Source: Methanothrix sp.
GTDB lineage: Archaea > Halobacteriota > Methanosarcinia > Methanotrichales > Methanotrichaceae
Assembly: GCA_963682135.1 (NCBI GenBank)
Contig: OY821645.1
Coordinates: 2,720,001-2,784,000 of the forward strand
DNA: 64,000 bases
Direction of reading: 5' to 3'
Both the position numbers and the translations under genes were made by a program. This document shows, in pieces, positions 53,401 through 63,735 of this stretch (position 1 is its first letter; every line of letters starts with the position of its first letter). Below the pieces are notes generated by a model. It worked only from the letters and a program-made list of their open reading frames with translations. It ran no database searches and was not told the origin of the DNA.

Positions 53401-56400
53401 TGGTCAGGATCCGATCCCTCGTAGTCAGACCAGTAATTGCCAGTGTAATTATAATACTCTTCTTCATGATAATAATAGTTAACTTTCTCTGCGGTGTTCC
53501 ATTGGTTATGCCCGTCTGAATTAGCGGAATCAAAATGATTCCCAAAGATGGTGTTGCTGTTGGAGGATTCTAGACAAATACCGCTTATACTATTGTTGGT
53601 GGCGCGATTATTCGAGATGGTGTTGCTGTTGCTGGTGGATTGGAGGTTGATCCCATAGCGATTGTACCTGATTGTGTTACCATCCATGGTGTTGTCGCTG
53701 GAGGACTGGAGGATGATGCCGATACTGAGGTTCATTTCAGCTTTGTTGCATTCAATAGTGTTGCTCGAGATGGTGTTGTTGTCACTGGAGGAATCGAAGC
53801 GGATGCCGCATAAATTGTCTTTGACAGCGTTGGCCGATATGGTATTGTTGCTGGAGGAACCGAGGCGGATGCCGTCGGAATTGTCTTTGAAAGTGTTTGC
53901 CGAGATGATATTGCTGCTGGTGGAATAGAGGTAGATGCCGTTTTCGTTGCCGGAGGCGAGATTATCCGAGATGGTGTTGCTGTCGCTGGAGAAAAAGAGG
54001 CAGATGCCGTTTTCGTTGCCGGAGGCGAGATTATCCGAGATTGTGTTGTTGCAGGAGGAATCGAGAAAAATCCCTGTCCAGGAGTTATTGATGGCGGTAT
54101 TGCCCGAGATGGTGTTGCTTTTGCAGGAGGAATCGAGGTAAATCCCACACCAGTAGTTATTGTTGGCGGTATTGCCTAAGATGGTGTTGCTGTTGCTGGA
54201 GGAATCGAGGGAGATGCCGGCTTCGTTACCGGTGGCGAGATTATCCGAGATGATATTGCTGCAGGAGGAATCGAGGGAGATGCCGTCGAGGCTGCCGGAG
54301 GCGAGATTATCCGAGATGGTGTTGCTGTTACTGGAGGAAGCGAGGTAAATCCCTGTCCTGGAGTTATTATTGGCGGTATTGCCCGAGATGATATTGCTGC
54401 AGGAGGAATCGAGGTAGATGCCAGCGGCGTAGAGGCCCTCTTCGTTGATGTCTTCGTTGCTGGAGGCGAGATTATCCGAGATGGTGTTGCTGTTACTGGA
54501 GGAAGCGAGGTAAATCCCTGTCCTGGAGTTATTGTTGGCGGTATTGCCCGAGATGATATTGCTGCAGGAGGAACTGAGGAAGATGCCGACGTAGTTGCCG
54601 GTGGCGGTATTGCCCGAGATGGTGTTGCCGCTTGAAGTCACGTAGATCCCCGAATTCCCCGAATTCCTGGCCATAAATCCCTGAATAGTACAGCCGTCGG
54701 CATTCATGGTGATAGCGTTCCCGGTGCTACTGCCGTCCACAATCGGCGAGCCGACCCCGCTCAGGATGAGGGTCTTGTTCACGTTGACATGCTCATAATA
54801 GGTCCCGCTCTCGACCTCTATGGTGTCGCCGGGACAGGCGGCGTTGATGGCGTCCTGGATGCTGGTGAAGTTGCAGCCCGAGGCACAGACGGTGAGGGTT
54901 CTTGTGCCGGTCCTCTCCGTCAGCGGGAAGCTGTCCTGCTCCGACCCGCCAGGGATCGGATAAGACGAGTCGCCGATGCCGTCGCCATTGCAGTCCCAGC
55001 CTGCATAATCTGACCAGTTGTTACCGATGTAGGTGGTATTACCTTTGTACTCGATTTTCGTGGGAGAGTGCCAATTGTTCGCTGAATTGGACCAAGCATT
55101 GTTGGCATTGTCGAGGGTGTTCTGGTAGATGGTGTTTCCGCTGGAGGAAGCGAGGTAGATGCCGACGTCGTTGCCGGTGGCGAGATTATCCAAGATGGTG
55201 TTTTCAGAGGAGCTTTGCAGGGATACGCCATGGCCCCCATTGCTGGGCCCGTTGCTGGTGATTTCGTTGAGGTCTATCTGGTTATTCCGGCAGCTTTCCA
55301 TAATAATGCCACCCAGGCCGTTATTCGCAATGGTGTCATCCGTTATCCTGGTGCCGCTTGATGAAATGATGGAGATGCCATAGCCATGATTATCTCTTAT
55401 CTGGCATCCACGGATGAGACAGTTCGACGCTCTCACATCGATTCCGGCATGAGGATTGCCCGAGCCGGTCACTACCAGACCGCTGAGGGTGGCACCTGAA
55501 CCGCTCAGAGTAATTGTGCTGTCCACACCATTGCCTTGGATCTCAGGAGACCCCTCCCCCATGATTGCTATATTTGCCTTATCAATAACAATCGGGCCAG
55601 AGTATGTCCCGCTCTCGACCTCTATGGTATCGCCGGGACAGGCAGCGTCGATGGCTGCCTGGATGCTGGTGAAGCTACAGCCCGAGGCGCAGACGGTGAG
55701 GATTGTGCCGGTCCTCTCCGTCAGCGGGAAGCTGTCCTGCTCCGATCCGCCGGGGATCGGATAAGGCTGGTCGCCGATGCCGTCGCCATTGCAGTCCCAG
55801 CCCGCATAATCTGACCAACTGTTACCGACATAGGTGGTATTGCCTTTGTACCCGATTGCCGTGGGGGTGCCCCAATTATTCACTGAATTGGACCAGGCAT
55901 TGTTGGCATTGTCGAGGGTGTTTTGGTAGATGGTGTTTCCGCTGGAAGAAAAAAGGCGGATGCCAGTATTGGAACTGTCGGTGACAGTGTTCCCAGAGAT
56001 ATTGTTTCCAGAGGAGCTTTGCAGAGATACGCCATGGCCATTATTGCGAGCTCCGTTCCTGGTGATTCTGTTGAGGTCGATCTGGTTATTCTGGCCGCTT
56101 TCCATGATAATGCCACCCAGGCCGTTGTCTGCGATGGTGTCATCCGTTATCCTGTTGCCGCTTGATGAAATGATGGAGACGCCGTAGCCATGATTATTCG
56201 TTATCTGGCATCCACGGATGAGACAGTTGGAGGCTCTTATATCGATTCCCGCATGGGGATTGCCTGAGCCGGTCACTACCAGGCCACTGAGGGTAGCCCC
56301 TGAACCGCTCAGTGTAATTGTGCTGTCCACGCCATTGCCTTGGATCTCGGCAAGCCCATCCCCAAGGATAGCAATATTTGCCTTATCAATGACGATAGGC

Positions 56401-57380
56401 CCAGAATATGTGCCGCCAGACAGCTGGATGCTGCCGCCGGGGCTGACCGAATTTATTGCCTGTTGGATATTGCCGCCAGGGAGCACCTGGAGGAAGAGGA
56501 TTTCATTGGGCTGATCTGGTTCCGTTGGGGGGATTTCAGTTGGTTCATTTTCTTTCGGATTTGTATTACCTTGGTTAATATTGTCCTGGGAGTTTATTTC
56601 TTTAAGACTATCGTAACTATTATCGATTATGATATTATTATTCGAATTCTCCAAAAGAACATCATATTTTGAATTTTTTATAATTTCATTTCCTTTAAGT
56701 ATATTATTATTTGAATCTTTTAGATATATTCCGTTGATGCCGTTCTCTGTAACTGAATTATATAATATGGAATTATTTGATGAGTTCTCCAGATAGATTC
56801 CATCGAACCCATTGTTATTGATATTGTTTCCATAAATGATATTGCTGCTCTTGCCTTTCGAATGAATTCCATAACCCTTATTATTTTTAAGGCTGTTATT
56901 GGATATGCGGTTCCCATCGGAGAATACAAGGATTCCGGCTTCAGGATTTCCGGAATTCATCACCACGAAACCATCTACAGTGCATGCGCTGGCAGTAATG
57001 GTGATGGTGCTGCTATGTCCGACTGCAGATACCACTGGTGTTCCTTCTCCGGTATCGACTCCCCGGAGGATTACCCCCGGCTTGCTAAGGTTAAGGTTTT
57101 CTTTATAATCTCCGCTAAGAACATAGACTGTCGAGCCAGGGATGGATTTATCCAAAGCATCCTGTATGCTAGTGAAGTTCACACCCGGTATCTTCTTGGG
57201 TCCAACCACATTTCCAGAGATCTCATCTGGATTGGGCAATGGTTCCAGAAAGAATTTGCTTACATCCCCAGAGAAGTCATATTCTTGAGACGAATTGCGG
57301 AATTCGGGGGGGATTTGGCCATTTCCCAAAACGAATAAAGTAAAGATGATCAAGCAAATTATTTTTCCGCTTTGGTGCAT
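50415..57380 (-). CDS. Giant NosD beta-helix plus DUF11 surface protein
   Basis: Signal peptide; several SIQxAIxAAxPGDTIEVESGTY...GNxWSDY beta-helix modules; DUF11 units; C-terminal module shared with 31329..41819. Alternative start at 57395. Confidence 0.88.
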   Translation of the reverse strand: MHQSGKIICLIIFTLFVLGNGQIPPEFRNSSQEYDFSGDVSKFFLEPLPNPDEISGNVVGPKKIPGVNFTSIQDALDKSIPGSTVYVLSGDYKENLNLSKPGVILRGVDTGEGTPVVSAVGHSSTITITASACTVDGFVVMNSGNPEAGILVFSDGNRISNNSLKNNKGYGIHSKGKSSNIIYGNNINNNGFDGIYLENSSNNSILYNSVTENGINGIYLKDSNNNILKGNEIIKNSKYDVLLENSNNNIIIDNSYDSLKEINSQDNINQGNTNPKENEPTEIPPTEPDQPNEILFLQVLPGGNIQQAINSVSPGGSIQLSGGTYSGPIVIDKANIAILGDGLAEIQGNGVDSTITLSGSGATLSGLVVTGSGNPHAGIDIRASNCLIRGCQITNNHGYGVSIISSSGNRITDDTIADNGLGGIIMESGQNNQIDLNRITRNGARNNGHGVSLQSSSGNNISGNTVTDSSNTGIRLFSSSGNTIYQNTLDNANNAWSNSVNNWGTPTAIGYKGNTTYVGNSWSDYAGWDCNGDGIGDQPYPIPGGSEQDSFPLTERTGTILTVCASGCSFTSIQAAIDAACPGDTIEVESGTYSGPIVIDKANIAIMGEGSPEIQGNGVDSTITLSGSGATLSGLVVTGSGNPHAGIDVRASNCLIRGCQIRDNHGYGISIISSSGTRITDDTIANNGLGGIIMESCRNNQIDLNEITSNGPSNGGHGVSLQSSSENTILDNLATGNDVGIYLASSSGNTIYQNTLDNANNAWSNSANNWHSPTKIEYKGNTTYIGNNWSDYAGWDCNGDGIGDSSYPIPGGSEQDSFPLTERTGTRTLTVCASGCNFTSIQDAINAACPGDTIEVESGTYYEHVNVNKTLILSGVGSPIVDGSSTGNAITMNADGCTIQGFMARNSGNSGIYVTSSGNTISGNTATGNYVGIFLSSSCSNIISGNTANNNSRTGIYLASSSNSNTISDNLASSNEDINEEGLYAAGIYLDSSCSNIISGNTANNNSRTGIYLASSSNSNTISDNLASGSLDGISLDSSCSNIISDNLATGNEAGISLDSSSNSNTILGNTANNNYWCGIYLDSSCKSNTISGNTAINNSWTGIFLDSSCNNTISDNLASGNENGICLFFSSDSNTISDNLASGNENGIYLYSTSSNIISANTFKDNSDGIRLGSSSNNTISANAVKDNLCGIRFDSSSDNNTISSNTIECNKAEMNLSIGIILQSSSDNTMDGNTIRYNRYGINLQSTSNSNTISNNRATNNSISGICLESSNSNTIFGNHFDSANSDGHNQWNTAEKVNYYYHEEEYYNYTGNYWSDYEGSDPDHDGIGNAPYSIDGESEKDNYPLLEDGALTISDSIQISQEGSLQTGQPSSNAQYVLMVTNLGDSELTNISITDQLSKGIAGTFVESGPDPDISQEEENGTRTLLWQDPGPLRPGETKEINLVALMDDELPETLISKASVQATSEDGQKQSDEDTLELNAAANISIEKEADPSFAQPSDQVTFRINITNTGQKELVSVLVNDNLPNGISYVSDDRNATSSGDLVSWRDLGPMQPGESKFISMIGMVKDDVSGMQTNTVSVKANTTRGGTVFASDRADVDILSLSVSKQADKKTVKRGENITYTITICNTGSLPLDNVIAWDALDSQVILLYSSMETEKDGKWHLGTLAPGECAVITLMVQVPKTNLKFDMTSSVSGGGYVNVADDYSTTLPQFVIKNTVRALSSSTKKQIQDTSLVTVLGEAGTELSSREHGSGLYQSEDEIRMIMENKSIQMNKSVTARLQPVVLKLYDRRTINSTSPWTERTQARNRITGTSMTGSFSHAQNISLESHIKLDENESVMEQSSEFDGLGRFGLQKKQVDGKTSLLDILENYAGSFKVYQKIDEYGSSVISKKSASGSGFVAGDRRIGDSQRSHESGTGNYSSQEEIQTYTNYIYKDINLTAYPVGLNPTISSWPNQSLNWSEGIYSRDPGSTYLGEEYRNLEDMEKQTLVMGLNIIQTESNFTGSASYRQAMKGEMDLEQEYIGKYSIRQKTSIKGTARFDRPHINVIKDGEIISQSNPSKTYARYKIAVENDGNKMLSPVYVKDLFPPGALYVNSSLRPSLTSSSANWTLTNLPVGGRSEIILWLEMGEDPSGTLVNRVEASGSHDAGWAYASNITVTKGGWLELPPTDDLIMVKKSVYVNKSASDLVWYHLSIENLCNCTTSLIVTDSLPQGMKLVEATPDITSFDRESNTITWNVISLKPQGTMSIVYKVMVTKGGRLVNQVKVEAVSLEGCDILPAYDSAVLTIGNKSSVASSGDWMPPEDWDLQCSGTSCP

Positions 57381-57657
57381 TGGCTCCCTCCACATTTTGA
57401 AATTCAGCTTATGTTAAGAGGATGCATTTAAGCTTTTTCTTTGGAGTGACACATGCGTTATCTCGAAAGTTTGGATCTAAATTCTCGTCAATATGGCATG
57501 TAAAAGGAGAATCTAGTCAAATACCGGAAGATTGACACTCATATCCTGCACCGTTGAGTTCGCAGACATGATAAATAAATATCAGTTTACAGAAGGACGC
57601 ACATTGGGATGAATCAACAACTGATATATCTGAAAAAAGTTAAAAATAAAAAATTTT

Positions 57658-59154
57658 TTACTGAGGCAGCAGAACTGCTGCTGCCTGCATTGCCCAGTTA
57701 ATGAATGCATCCGGGAAGACGCCTATCCAGAGCACTGCTAAGAGTGTCAGGACGAGCGCTACCGTATATCCCTTCTGCTCAGCGATCTTGGGGCCCGCCG
57801 GCTCCTTGAGATACATATAGCTGATGATCCTCAGGTAGTACACCAGCGACAGAGCGCTGTTGAGGATGGCAATTACTGCCAGCCAGACCAGGCCGGAGTA
57901 AATGGCCGAGCTGAAGAGCACGAACTTGCCGATATATCCCGCCGTGGGGGGGATGCCCGCCAGCGCAAACATGAAGATCAGCATGCAAAACGCTGTTATG
58001 GGCGCCCTTTTAGCAAGACCGGCATAGTTGGATATGTCATCCGGGTCGGTTTCGCTTCCCTTGGATACCATGCTCGATACCTGAGCCGTGCCGATGAAGG
58101 CACCAGTCTTCATGAGAGCATGTCCCAGGATAAGCAGCAGCGCGCCGGCAATGCCCAGCTGATCGGCCGGCACCAGCCCCAGATTTAGCACATTTACTGG
58201 CGCAGCTCCATAAGCCGCTCCCACCACTACAAAGGCGATGGCGATGTAGCCTGCCTGAGCGATGGAAGAGTATGCCAGTATGCGCCGGACATTGTTTTGC
58301 CAGCAAGCGGCCAGGTTACCAAGCGTCATGGTAACAGTTGCCAGGATGGCGAAAGCCATGTACCATTCCATGCGCAGAGCCACCAGGGCTATGATAATTA
58401 CCCTGAATGCCGCTACAAAGCCCATCTTTTTGGAGCCTGCTGCGAGCATGGCCGAGACCAGGGGCGGTGCGCCCTCGTAGGTATCGGGAGCCCACATATG
58501 GAAGGGAACCAATGCCATCTTGAAGCCGAATCCTACTATGACGAAGAGCAGAGCCACCAGAGTTGCCGGGCCAAAGTCGGCCAGGGAAGCTGCGGCGATA
58601 TCTGCCAGATGAGTGGATCCCGTCATGCCATAGAGCAGAGAGAAGCCGAAGAGCATGAACGCAGAAGCGACTGAGCCGAAGATGAAGTACTTCATAGCCG
58701 CTTCCAGATTCTTCTTGCTTCTATCAAAGGCTGCCAGGGCATAGGTGGACAGGCTTGCCAGCTCGAAGCCTACGAACAGGGTCACGATGTCGATGGAGCT
58801 TGAGACTACCATCATGCCCACTGTGGCAAAGAGCAGCAGTGCATAATACTCTTCTGCACCTTTTCCAGTGTACCTCGACAGTGAGGCTATCACAACCAGT
58901 AGCGATACTACCAGGAAGACGACCTTGAAGAACTGAGACAGGCCGTCGACTGATATGGTATCAAAGAAGAACAGAGCGGGCTTGATGGTCAAATTGGAGG
59001 CCACCAGTCCCAGAGCTACTACCAGCCCTGCTGCGCTCAAGTATCCCATGAGCTTTCCGCTGTTCTTCATCAAGGACCCCAGCAGTACGACGAGCACTGC
59101 CAGGATTGTGAGTAGCGCTTCTCCCCAGAGGGGTGCGTAGTGTGAAAACTCCAC
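57658..59154 (-). CDS. fpoN: F420H2 dehydrogenase-like complex subunit N (NuoN homolog)
   Basis: EAAMKYFIFGS, FKMALVPFHMWAPDTYEGAP and RILAYSSIAQAGY. Confidence 0.93.
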   Translation of the reverse strand: MEFSHYAPLWGEALLTILAVLVVLLGSLMKNSGKLMGYLSAAGLVVALGLVASNLTIKPALFFFDTISVDGLSQFFKVVFLVVSLLVVIASLSRYTGKGAEEYYALLLFATVGMMVVSSSIDIVTLFVGFELASLSTYALAAFDRSKKNLEAAMKYFIFGSVASAFMLFGFSLLYGMTGSTHLADIAAASLADFGPATLVALLFVIVGFGFKMALVPFHMWAPDTYEGAPPLVSAMLAAGSKKMGFVAAFRVIIIALVALRMEWYMAFAILATVTMTLGNLAACWQNNVRRILAYSSIAQAGYIAIAFVVVGAAYGAAPVNVLNLGLVPADQLGIAGALLLILGHALMKTGAFIGTAQVSSMVSKGSETDPDDISNYAGLAKRAPITAFCMLIFMFALAGIPPTAGYIGKFVLFSSAIYSGLVWLAVIAILNSALSLVYYLRIISYMYLKEPAGPKIAEQKGYTVALVLTLLAVLWIGVFPDAFINWAMQAAAVLLPQ

Positions 59155-59155
59155 T

Positions 59156-60658
59156 TCAGATCACCCCCATCTGGGTCAGGGTAATTACAGGCTCCATGAC
59201 CTGAGTTGCCGCTGTTCCCATTATATCGGTTATCAGCCCGGGCTGAATGCCGAAGATCAAAGATAGAACTATGATCATGGCCATGGAGAACAGCTCATAG
59301 GCATGCGGTTCATGTACATTCATATACTTCTTCAATATCGGACCGAACATGGCTTTTTGCATGGCCCAGAGATGATAAGCGGCCGTTATGGCCACGCTCA
59401 GGAATACCACGAACATGGTGTAGCTGGGCAGCGTTGCATAAGATCCGGTCAGAACCATGAACTCAGCCACGAAGCCGCTCATGCCCGGCAGTCCTAAGGA
59501 TGCCATGAATCCGGCCAGCATAATGACGGCGAACTTGGGCATGCGATCGGCGAGGCCTCCCAGATCGGCAATGACCCTGGTCCCTACCACGTGCTGGATC
59601 GTACCGGCAGACATGAAGAGGACGCAGGTGATAATGCCGTGGGAGAACTGCTGGAACATTGCCCCCGTAACCGACATCCAGGTAAAGGCCACGGCTCCAA
59701 GTGTTACAAAGCCCATATGGCTGACGGATGAGTACGCTACCAGCTTCTTGATATCCTTTTGAGCCAGTGCCATGAAGGCTCCGTAGACAATTGAGATCAC
59801 CGCAATGATGGCGATGATAGTCACGAATGCCTTATCGACGCTGGGAAGCATGGGCATAATGACCCTGAACAGGCCGTATCCGCCCATCTTAAGCAGCAGA
59901 GCTGCCAGCACAACCGAACCGGCTGTAGGTGCTTCAACGTGAGCATCGGGCAACCAGGTATGGAAGGGGAAGGCAGGCATCTTAACCAGGAATCCCAGGA
60001 GAAGGCCGGCGAAGATGATATTGAGCAGGCCGGTTGGGAATATGGTCTTGTCTGCTGTCGCTGCTAACAAGGTCAGCATGTCAAAGGTTCTGGTACCCTC
60101 GGGCGTCTGGTAGGTGAAATACAGGGCAAAGATAGCCAGCAGCATTACCAGGCTTGCCACGTGAGTGTAGATGAAGAACTTGATGGCAGCGTAATCTTTT
60201 CTCGGTCCGCCCCACGATCCAATGAGGAAGAACATGGGGATGAGTACTATCTCCCAGAAGATGTAGAACAGGAAGAAGTCCAGAGATGTAAAGACTCCCA
60301 GCACGCCCACTTCATTGAGCAGAAGAAGGGCAAAGTACTGATTGGGCTTCTTTGTCTCTCCCCAGGAGTATATTATTACCAATACCGATACTATCGTAGA
60401 AAGCAAAACTAATGGAAAACCTATGCCGTCGACGCCTACAGTGTATTTTACGCCAAGGGAAGGGACCCAGTCATAGCTCTCTACAAACTGCATTAATTTG
60501 GAGGTTTTATCAAACTCCATATACATTTGCAGGGATAGGGCTAAAGGTATAAGCGAGGCTATTAGGGCCACGAATTTGGCCTTGGTTCCCGCAAAGAAGG
60601 ATACCACTGCCCCCAGAAGGGGAATGGCGATCAATAGCGAGATCACATTTGAGATCAT
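59156..60658 (-). CDS. fpoM: Fpo subunit M (NuoM homolog)
   Basis: FYIFWEIVLIPMFFLI and VKMPAFPFHTWLPDAHVEAPTAGSVVLAALLLKMGGYG. Confidence 0.95.
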   Translation of the reverse strand: MISNVISLLIAIPLLGAVVSFFAGTKAKFVALIASLIPLALSLQMYMEFDKTSKLMQFVESYDWVPSLGVKYTVGVDGIGFPLVLLSTIVSVLVIIYSWGETKKPNQYFALLLLNEVGVLGVFTSLDFFLFYIFWEIVLIPMFFLIGSWGGPRKDYAAIKFFIYTHVASLVMLLAIFALYFTYQTPEGTRTFDMLTLLAATADKTIFPTGLLNIIFAGLLLGFLVKMPAFPFHTWLPDAHVEAPTAGSVVLAALLLKMGGYGLFRVIMPMLPSVDKAFVTIIAIIAVISIVYGAFMALAQKDIKKLVAYSSVSHMGFVTLGAVAFTWMSVTGAMFQQFSHGIITCVLFMSAGTIQHVVGTRVIADLGGLADRMPKFAVIMLAGFMASLGLPGMSGFVAEFMVLTGSYATLPSYTMFVVFLSVAITAAYHLWAMQKAMFGPILKKYMNVHEPHAYELFSMAMIIVLSLIFGIQPGLITDIMGTAATQVMEPVITLTQMGVI

Positions 60659-62712
60659 ACCAGGCCCACCTCCATAGCCAGAGTAATTACAACCACCAGC
60701 ACCACAACTCCCAGCACCAGCGCAGTGATGTAATTTTGCACCACACCGGTCTGAACCTTTCTAATATGCTGTGCAAATCCCATAACCCAGGCTGAGAGCC
60801 AGTTGAGCCATCCATCCACGAGCTTGATGTCAATCATATTGCAGATCAACGCCGTGCCGTAGACTACAGTCTCAGCAAACCAGCCGGTCAGGATTTCATG
60901 CTGATAGTATCCCTTGAGCAGTAATTTTCGAATGGGATCCTTGTCGCCTGTAACCTGGCTTGGGTCAAACTTCTTGATTTTATTCCAGTAGAACAGCCCA
61001 GCCGTGAGAATACCGCCAATCGCCACAATTATTGGCAATATCTGGATGTACCAGGGCTCTCCTGCTTCTCCTTCTCCGCCTTCTTCTCCTTCACCAGCAG
61101 CTCCATGACCGCTTTCTGCAATTTCGGGGGAACCTTGCTCCTCTTCTAAAGCCGCACCCTCGGGAGCGGCGTGCCCTTCGAGGACATGTCCTCCGATTAT
61201 GCCGAGTTGAGCAAAGTCTATATCGTAATGCTCGAAGTTGGAATCAAGATAGCTGTAGAAGTCTTCTTGAGCTGCAAAGCCGAATCCAAAGGCAAATACT
61301 GCTAAGATTACCAGCGGCCCGATCATAATCATGGGCGACTCGTGTTTGCCATAGTCGGATCTTTCTTTGCCGGTAAAGACCGAGAACCACATCCTGAAGG
61401 TGTAGATCGCTGTCAGAATTGCTGCCAGTACCAGCATTATGTAGGGCAGGAAGTTGATCATCACACCGTACTCGTAGGCAATTACTATGATCTCGTCTTT
61501 GGAGAAGAATCCCGTGAATAATGGGAATCCAGCCAGAGACAGAGAGCCTATGAGCATGGTGTACATGGTCCACTTCATGTATTTTCCGACGCCTCCCATC
61601 TCTCGCATGTCGTTGGTATTTACGGCGTGAATGACTGAGCCTGCACCAAGGAAAAGGAGCGCCTTGAAGAAGGAATGTCCGATGAGATGGAAGATGGAAA
61701 CACCCACCGCAAAGGTTCCTACAGCTGCTCCTACTCCCAGGCCCGCCATCATAAAGCCGAGCTGCGAGACGGTGGAAAAGGCCAGCACTCTCTTGATATC
61801 GAAGGAAGTCAGACCCATGGTGGCGGCAAACAAAGCCGTGAACGCTCCAACTGCAGCTACTGCTGTCAGCCCATAGGGCGCAGCGTAGAAGAGCGGGAAC
61901 ATTCTGGCCACCAGGTAAACACCTGCTGTAACCATGGTCGCAGCATGAATCATGGCTGAGACGGTGGTTGGACCTTCCATGGCATCAGGAAGCCAGACAT
62001 GCAGGGGGAACTGACCTGATTTGCCCACTGCGCCGCCCAATAGTCCCAGAGCGATGAGCGTCAGCTGATCAGCTGGAATTTGGGCTACATGAGCATAGAT
62101 CACCGGGAACTGCAAGAGGTACTCTCCGGGTGCGAGAGTGAGGTTCAGGTTGGCAAGATTATTGTAGAGCAGAATTATGCCTGCCAGGAAGAGAACGTCG
62201 CCCACGCGCGTTGTCAGGAATGCCTTCTTAGCAGCCGCAGCCGCCGATGGTTTTCTGTACCAAAAGCCGATCAATAGATAAGAACAAAGTCCCACCAGCT
62301 CCCAGAATATGAAGAGCTGAAGCAGGTTATCGGCATAGATCAGGCCCAGCATGGAAGCAGTGAAAAGTGCCGCTTCCGCAAAGTATCTCGCTGCGCCCGG
62401 ATCGCCATTCATGTATCCATTGGCATAGGTGTGAATCAGTGTAACCACGAAGGTCACCATGAGTAGCATCACTAGCGCCAGTGGATCAATCAGTATGCCC
62501 ACATTGAAATTAGCGAACCAGGGCATGGACTGATGAATTATCTTATCAGGATATGTCTCTGAGAATATTCCCAAAGATAATATGAGACCTGCAAATGTTG
62601 CCAGAACGGTAAGGAAGCCTCCGCCTCTGGGCAGATGCCATCCTACGAATAGGCATAGCAAGAAGGCCAGTACTGGAAGGGCTACAATCAGATATGCATA
62701 ATCGGCATACAT
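60655..62712 (-). CDS. fpoL: Fpo subunit L (NuoL homolog)
   Basis: WELVGLCSYLLIGFW and GKSGQFPLHVWLPDAMEGPTTVSAMIHAATMVTAGVY. Confidence 0.95.
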   Translation of the reverse strand: MYADYAYLIVALPVLAFLLCLFVGWHLPRGGGFLTVLATFAGLILSLGIFSETYPDKIIHQSMPWFANFNVGILIDPLALVMLLMVTFVVTLIHTYANGYMNGDPGAARYFAEAALFTASMLGLIYADNLLQLFIFWELVGLCSYLLIGFWYRKPSAAAAAKKAFLTTRVGDVLFLAGIILLYNNLANLNLTLAPGEYLLQFPVIYAHVAQIPADQLTLIALGLLGGAVGKSGQFPLHVWLPDAMEGPTTVSAMIHAATMVTAGVYLVARMFPLFYAAPYGLTAVAAVGAFTALFAATMGLTSFDIKRVLAFSTVSQLGFMMAGLGVGAAVGTFAVGVSIFHLIGHSFFKALLFLGAGSVIHAVNTNDMREMGGVGKYMKWTMYTMLIGSLSLAGFPLFTGFFSKDEIIVIAYEYGVMINFLPYIMLVLAAILTAIYTFRMWFSVFTGKERSDYGKHESPMIMIGPLVILAVFAFGFGFAAQEDFYSYLDSNFEHYDIDFAQLGIIGGHVLEGHAAPEGAALEEEQGSPEIAESGHGAAGEGEEGGEGEAGEPWYIQILPIIVAIGGILTAGLFYWNKIKKFDPSQVTGDKDPIRKLLLKGYYQHEILTGWFAETVVYGTALICNMIDIKLVDGWLNWLSAWVMGFAQHIRKVQTGVVQNYITALVLGVVVLVVVITLAMEVGLV

Positions 62713-62715
62713 TCC

Positions 62716-63018
62716 TTACCACCTCATGGCGTTAATATTGTCCAGGTCTATTGTTCCGTATAGCCTGTACAGTGCAATCAATATAGCAAATCCAACGCCT
62801 GCTTCAGCCGCGGCCAGCGCAATAGAGAACAGGGCAAAGACCTGACCGTTCACATTAGGCTGGTACGCTGAGAAGGCGACAAGATTAATGTTGGCGCTAT
62901 TGAGCAAGAGCTCGATGCACATCATAAGCTTGACACCGTTCTTTTGAGTAAAGAGTCCGTACAAGCCGATGGTGAACATCGTGGATGCCAGTAGTATATA
63001 AAGCTCCAACGGTATCAT
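62716..63018 (-). CDS. fpoK: Fpo subunit K (NuoK homolog)
   Basis: [17 protein letters not shown]...[19 protein letters not shown]. Confidence 0.93.
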   Translation of the reverse strand: MIPLELYILLASTMFTIGLYGLFTQKNGVKLMMCIELLLNSANINLVAFSAYQPNVNGQVFALFSIALAAAEAGVGFAILIALYRLYGTIDLDNINAMRW

Positions 63019-63056
63019 CGGTAAATCTCCCTCCTTGTCATCGGTTGTCGCCCTCC

Positions 63057-63320
63057 TCAGGCAACCTCCTTTCGTGCTACCCAGACCGCTCCTACAAGGG
63101 CCGCCGTCAAGACCAGGGCCAGGATCTCAAACGCAAAGACGTAAGAGGTAAATATCTCCAATCCCACGTCTCCAATGCCGCTTTCCGGCAACCTCAATCC
63201 TTCCTGCGGCTCAAAGCTGAGCGGCTGTTCAATACCTGTTCCCCAATCGGAAAGAGAGAACGAGGCGAAGAGAGCAGCCAGGAAGGCCAGGGTAATGATA
63301 ATTATCTTATATTTCACCAT
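63057..63320 (-). CDS. fpoJ: Fpo subunit J, C-terminal half
   Basis: [30 protein letters not shown] matches the NuoJ C-terminus. Confidence 0.85.
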   Translation of the reverse strand: MVKYKIIIITLAFLAALFASFSLSDWGTGIEQPLSFEPQEGLRLPESGIGDVGLEIFTSYVFAFEILALVLTAALVGAVWVARKEVA

Positions 63321-63735
63321 GGGACTCCTCCATAATCGTCTTCCTCGTGAGCATCACGGCGAAGAGTATCAGAACTCCGACGGCTCCGATGTACACCAGA
63401 ATCTGAGCTACACCCACAAAGGGAGCATTCAGGGTTATGTACAAAGCGGCCACTCCGGCAAAGCTTCCCAGCAGGTAAAGAGCGCTGTGGACTATGTTCT
63501 TGGCATAGACTACAAGAGCCGATAATAAGACGATGATTGCAGCTAAGCCCAGGAAGGCCAGGAGCTCAATGGCAAATCGTATATCTAAGGCCAGTAGCTT
63601 ATCCAGGACCGTTTGCGACCAGGGCGATAGAATTACAATCAACGCCAGGCCACCGAAGATCACACCCAGAGCTATGAGCAAAACCAATAGCTCGAAGATT
63701 GTCCTAATGACATTTGCGCCCGACTTTTCTGACAT
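63307..63735 (-). CDS. fpoJ: Fpo subunit J, N-terminal half (with an extra N-terminal TM segment)
   Basis: NIVHSALYL...LNAPFVGVAQILVYIGAVGVLILFAVML. Confidence 0.88.
   Translation of the reverse strand: MSEKSGANVIRTIFELLVLLIALGVIFGGLALIVILSPWSQTVLDKLLALDIRFAIELLAFLGLAAIIVLLSALVVYAKNIVHSALYLLGSFAGVAALYITLNAPFVGVAQILVYIGAVGVLILFAVMLTRKTIMEESHGEI

Noticed and set aside
57579-57627. 9-bp inverted repeat ATATCAGTT/AACTGATAT after fpoN
   Set aside because: Short, AT-rich and widely spaced; plausible by chance.
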